A DNA stretch of 64,000 nt from Azolla caroliniana. Its lineage: Eukaryota; Plantae; Polypodiophyta. Where the stretch lies: assembly GCA_043228905.1 (NCBI GenBank), contig JBHGNT010000020.1, positions 13,578,001 to 13,642,000 of the forward strand. Reading direction: 5' to 3'. Shown here piece by piece: positions 61,286 through 64,000 of this stretch (its first letter is position 1; each line of letters opens with the position of its first letter). The notes beneath the pieces are model-generated. The model had not been told where the DNA came from and made no database searches. It saw only the letters and a list, made by a program, of their open reading frames with translations. The translations under genes and the position numbers were made by a program.

Positions 61286-64000
61286 ATGTATACAATAGCC
61301 TTCCTAAAAGCTCCTCTCCCTCATGATTTCTCACCCTAATCTTTCCAGGGGTACCCCTTGTAATTTGTTCTCGCACTCTTTACGGTTCGTCGTAGCCCGA
61401 CCAACCAACCCCTCTTACCACCTTTTCGGTATGGGTTTCCTGGTTTTATTTATTTAACACACGCCTCCGGGTTGCTGTCTCCTCTTTCTGGGTGCTTTCG
61501 CCCCCCCAGCTTGCCCGTCGCTTTTCACGCCTGCTCTCATTCTCCGCCAAACAGCACACCAATCGTTTGGTTTGGTTCTCGAGCTGCCTCCAACAAAACA
61601 TCGCGTGTCTTGTGTAGATTGGGTTCAAATGACCTTTTTGTGTTTGTTTGCTACCTCGAAATCATAGACGAGTCTCATTAGCCCTTTGATTGTTCAATGC
61701 ATGTCTCTAACCCGAGGTTTTGTCATTGCCTCAAATTCTTCGATGTGTCTTGTTTGCTCCTCGACGTGATAGCCCTTTGACATTCGATCCAGATATAACA
61801 TTCGCGATCAATTGGTCCATTGTTTGAATGCTTCTTGGAATTACTTATTATCGTTGTATTCACTGCTAACCATGTTGGTCGCTTCCAAAATAGACAATAT
61901 CTCTCGCTTGCTTCCTAACTTGTTGATCCTCAATCTCCATCCACGCATTGCGTGAAAAATGCTAGTTGTTGGGAAGTGAAACAACCCTATAATTTGTATT
62001 TGCATGCCCACACCTGGCTATGTTGCTCCATGCCTCCACGAGGAAGAGATTCCAATCAATTTGATTCCTTGGTGTTTCAAATGTTTTGCATTCATACTTT
62101 TCCCTCATTTTAATTGAGCCACATGATGTTATGAGATGTTTATAGCACATACTCTAGGTTTCTATCGAGCTTGACTTGTGTGTAGCCACTAAAACACATA
62201 ACAAATCATTAACTAAAAGAACGTTATTGCATATTGGCCATTGCCTTACATTGTAAATTTTTTGTGTATGCCTTTGAGTTTTTAAAGACCCACTTTTTCA
62301 TGTCATTTGTGTAGCATAGCGGCCACACAATTTAGTTTTATTAGTTGGTTTTTGTTAAGAGCAACAATAATTTTAAGCATATTTATATGTAATATGATTG
62401 AGGGCTCCTTGTTGGGGTTAGATTTTGCTACTACTCTAACACTAATGGAGGCAATGCTAGAACTAAATTGTGTCAATATGCCACTCAAATATGTTGTTTT
62501 ATCTCTTAGCATTTTAGGCCTTGAATTAAAATTTTGATGATAGATTTTTGGACGATCTACCTATCAATGTATGATAGCCAATTGTAAACTAAGTATGCAG
62601 ATAACCATGGTTAACTAAGGTTGCACTAGGCTCATTGACTATTGGATGCCTATATGTTGACTAAAGTTTCGGAAACTAAGCTAGAAAATTTTCAAAAAAG
62701 ACAAGAAAATGTTAAAATTGGGTCCATTGTAGCACGAAGCATATTGCAAGTGAAGACAAAAAAACAAAGGTAACACAAATGAGCCAAAACGGGAAAAACA
62801 CTCGGCAGAAATGGTAAAAACATTTAATGGAACAAAATACATAGGTATTGGTTTGAGTTAACATAGTTCGTTCCATGGATAAATTGACTATGCACATGAA
62901 GAAACTACACGACCAAGTGCACTACATAAACTATACACGTGGGCGATTGACACACCTTAAGCCTACACACCCATGTATATGATCTCTCTTGTTAATGCTT
63001 GTTACATGCTCTCTCTAAACCATCAATCTCCGTCGTACGAGTGTGACCCGATGACTTGTTCATTGTGATGTGCACATTGATCTTAGATACAAGCTATTTG
63101 CCCATTGGCACATAATGAATCGAGGCATGCCTCTACCTAGGTGATCGGCCTTACATTAATGATTAGGGTAATATAAAGTCACAGTAAGAAGTCTAGCCTT
63201 TAGCCTTCTACATGCTTTGATTGACTAACCATACTTACTCGGTTAATAAAGATTTTGCACACCATAAACCTAAAATGGTGAATCTGTTTGCAATGAGAAA
63301 CAAAATATCTTGTCTGGCGGTACAATTGTTTCGCTACTTGAACCTAATCTACCTATTAAAATAGAATTGCTATATATCAAGTGCCTCCCATATATCCAAT
63401 GGATGCAAATGTTATCCCATTCCGAAATGTACACAAAAAAGGTTATGCAAATCACAGAGATGATCGTGATATGTTCAGTAGATCCTTTGACGAATTTAGA
63501 GCTCCATACATATTTGTATTGTAAAATCTAGGGATTCGTTAGTCATGGGGGAGAGGAAGGGTTGTAAAAAAAAATAGGCATCATGATCAATGGTCTCAAA
63601 TTTAAAACGCAAACCTTCATTGGAATCTGGATATTAGGAGGTCATACTATGAATGCTTATGTCAAAATCTTCTACTTGTAAATAAAGGTGTATCCTGCAG
63701 TGGATTCAGCAAGAAATGACAGGGAAAGTGGTTTTTTCATTCTTCTTTTTCATATGTGAAGTTGCCATATACGGAATAGGCGAGCATATACACTCCACGA
63801 ACACTTAATATTCTCGTTGCCACTTGCATTACTCAAGGACCCAAAGTTTTTTTCGATATTGATGTTTTGTGGTTAAAAGCAAGTGAGAAATGTGAGTTGA
63901 TCATCTTTCTAACGTAGATATCTATGAATGCCAAACTATTCTTAAATAGAATAATAGATATGGTGGGAACCCCGACATATATATAAAAAATCACATTTGA

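Noticed and set aside
60069-61339. Short His/Ile/Val/Cys-rich ORFs (also 4136-4781, 7821-8209, 36566-36880)
   Set aside because: Translations of microsatellite or low-complexity DNA, or antisense shadows.

Overview
Eukaryotic, AT-rich land-plant nuclear DNA. Tcn1-type chromoviruses and a Sola/DUF7869-like transposase suggest a seed-free plant such as a fern, lycophyte or bryophyte (inference). It holds three apparently intact spliced genes: HGH1 homolog (-, 9 exons, 333 aa), Raf-like/STY13-type kinase (+, 2 exons, 381 aa) and TGA bZIP factor (-, 11 coding exons, 453 aa). A decayed DDX18/Has1 DEAD-box helicase pseudogene lies at the left end. A ~27 kb TE nest (5.7-33.2 kb) is built on one Sola-like transposase gene split by three full-length Gypsy elements (A, B, C). 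Their TSDs can be read exactly, and removing them restores the transposase frame. Also present: older Gypsy and Copia remnants, a 5'-truncated LINE with an 18-bp TSD, and hAT-type MITEs. Most interesting signals: (1) several different chromovirus-type LTRs begin with an antisense tRNA-like A-box/B-box module; (2) the same families show Tf1-style 11-nt self-priming with compensatory base changes; (3) a 46-bp TG..CA palindromic micro-element with a 5-bp TSD; (4) nesting order contradicts the LTR-divergence clock. All alignments and counts were done by eye.
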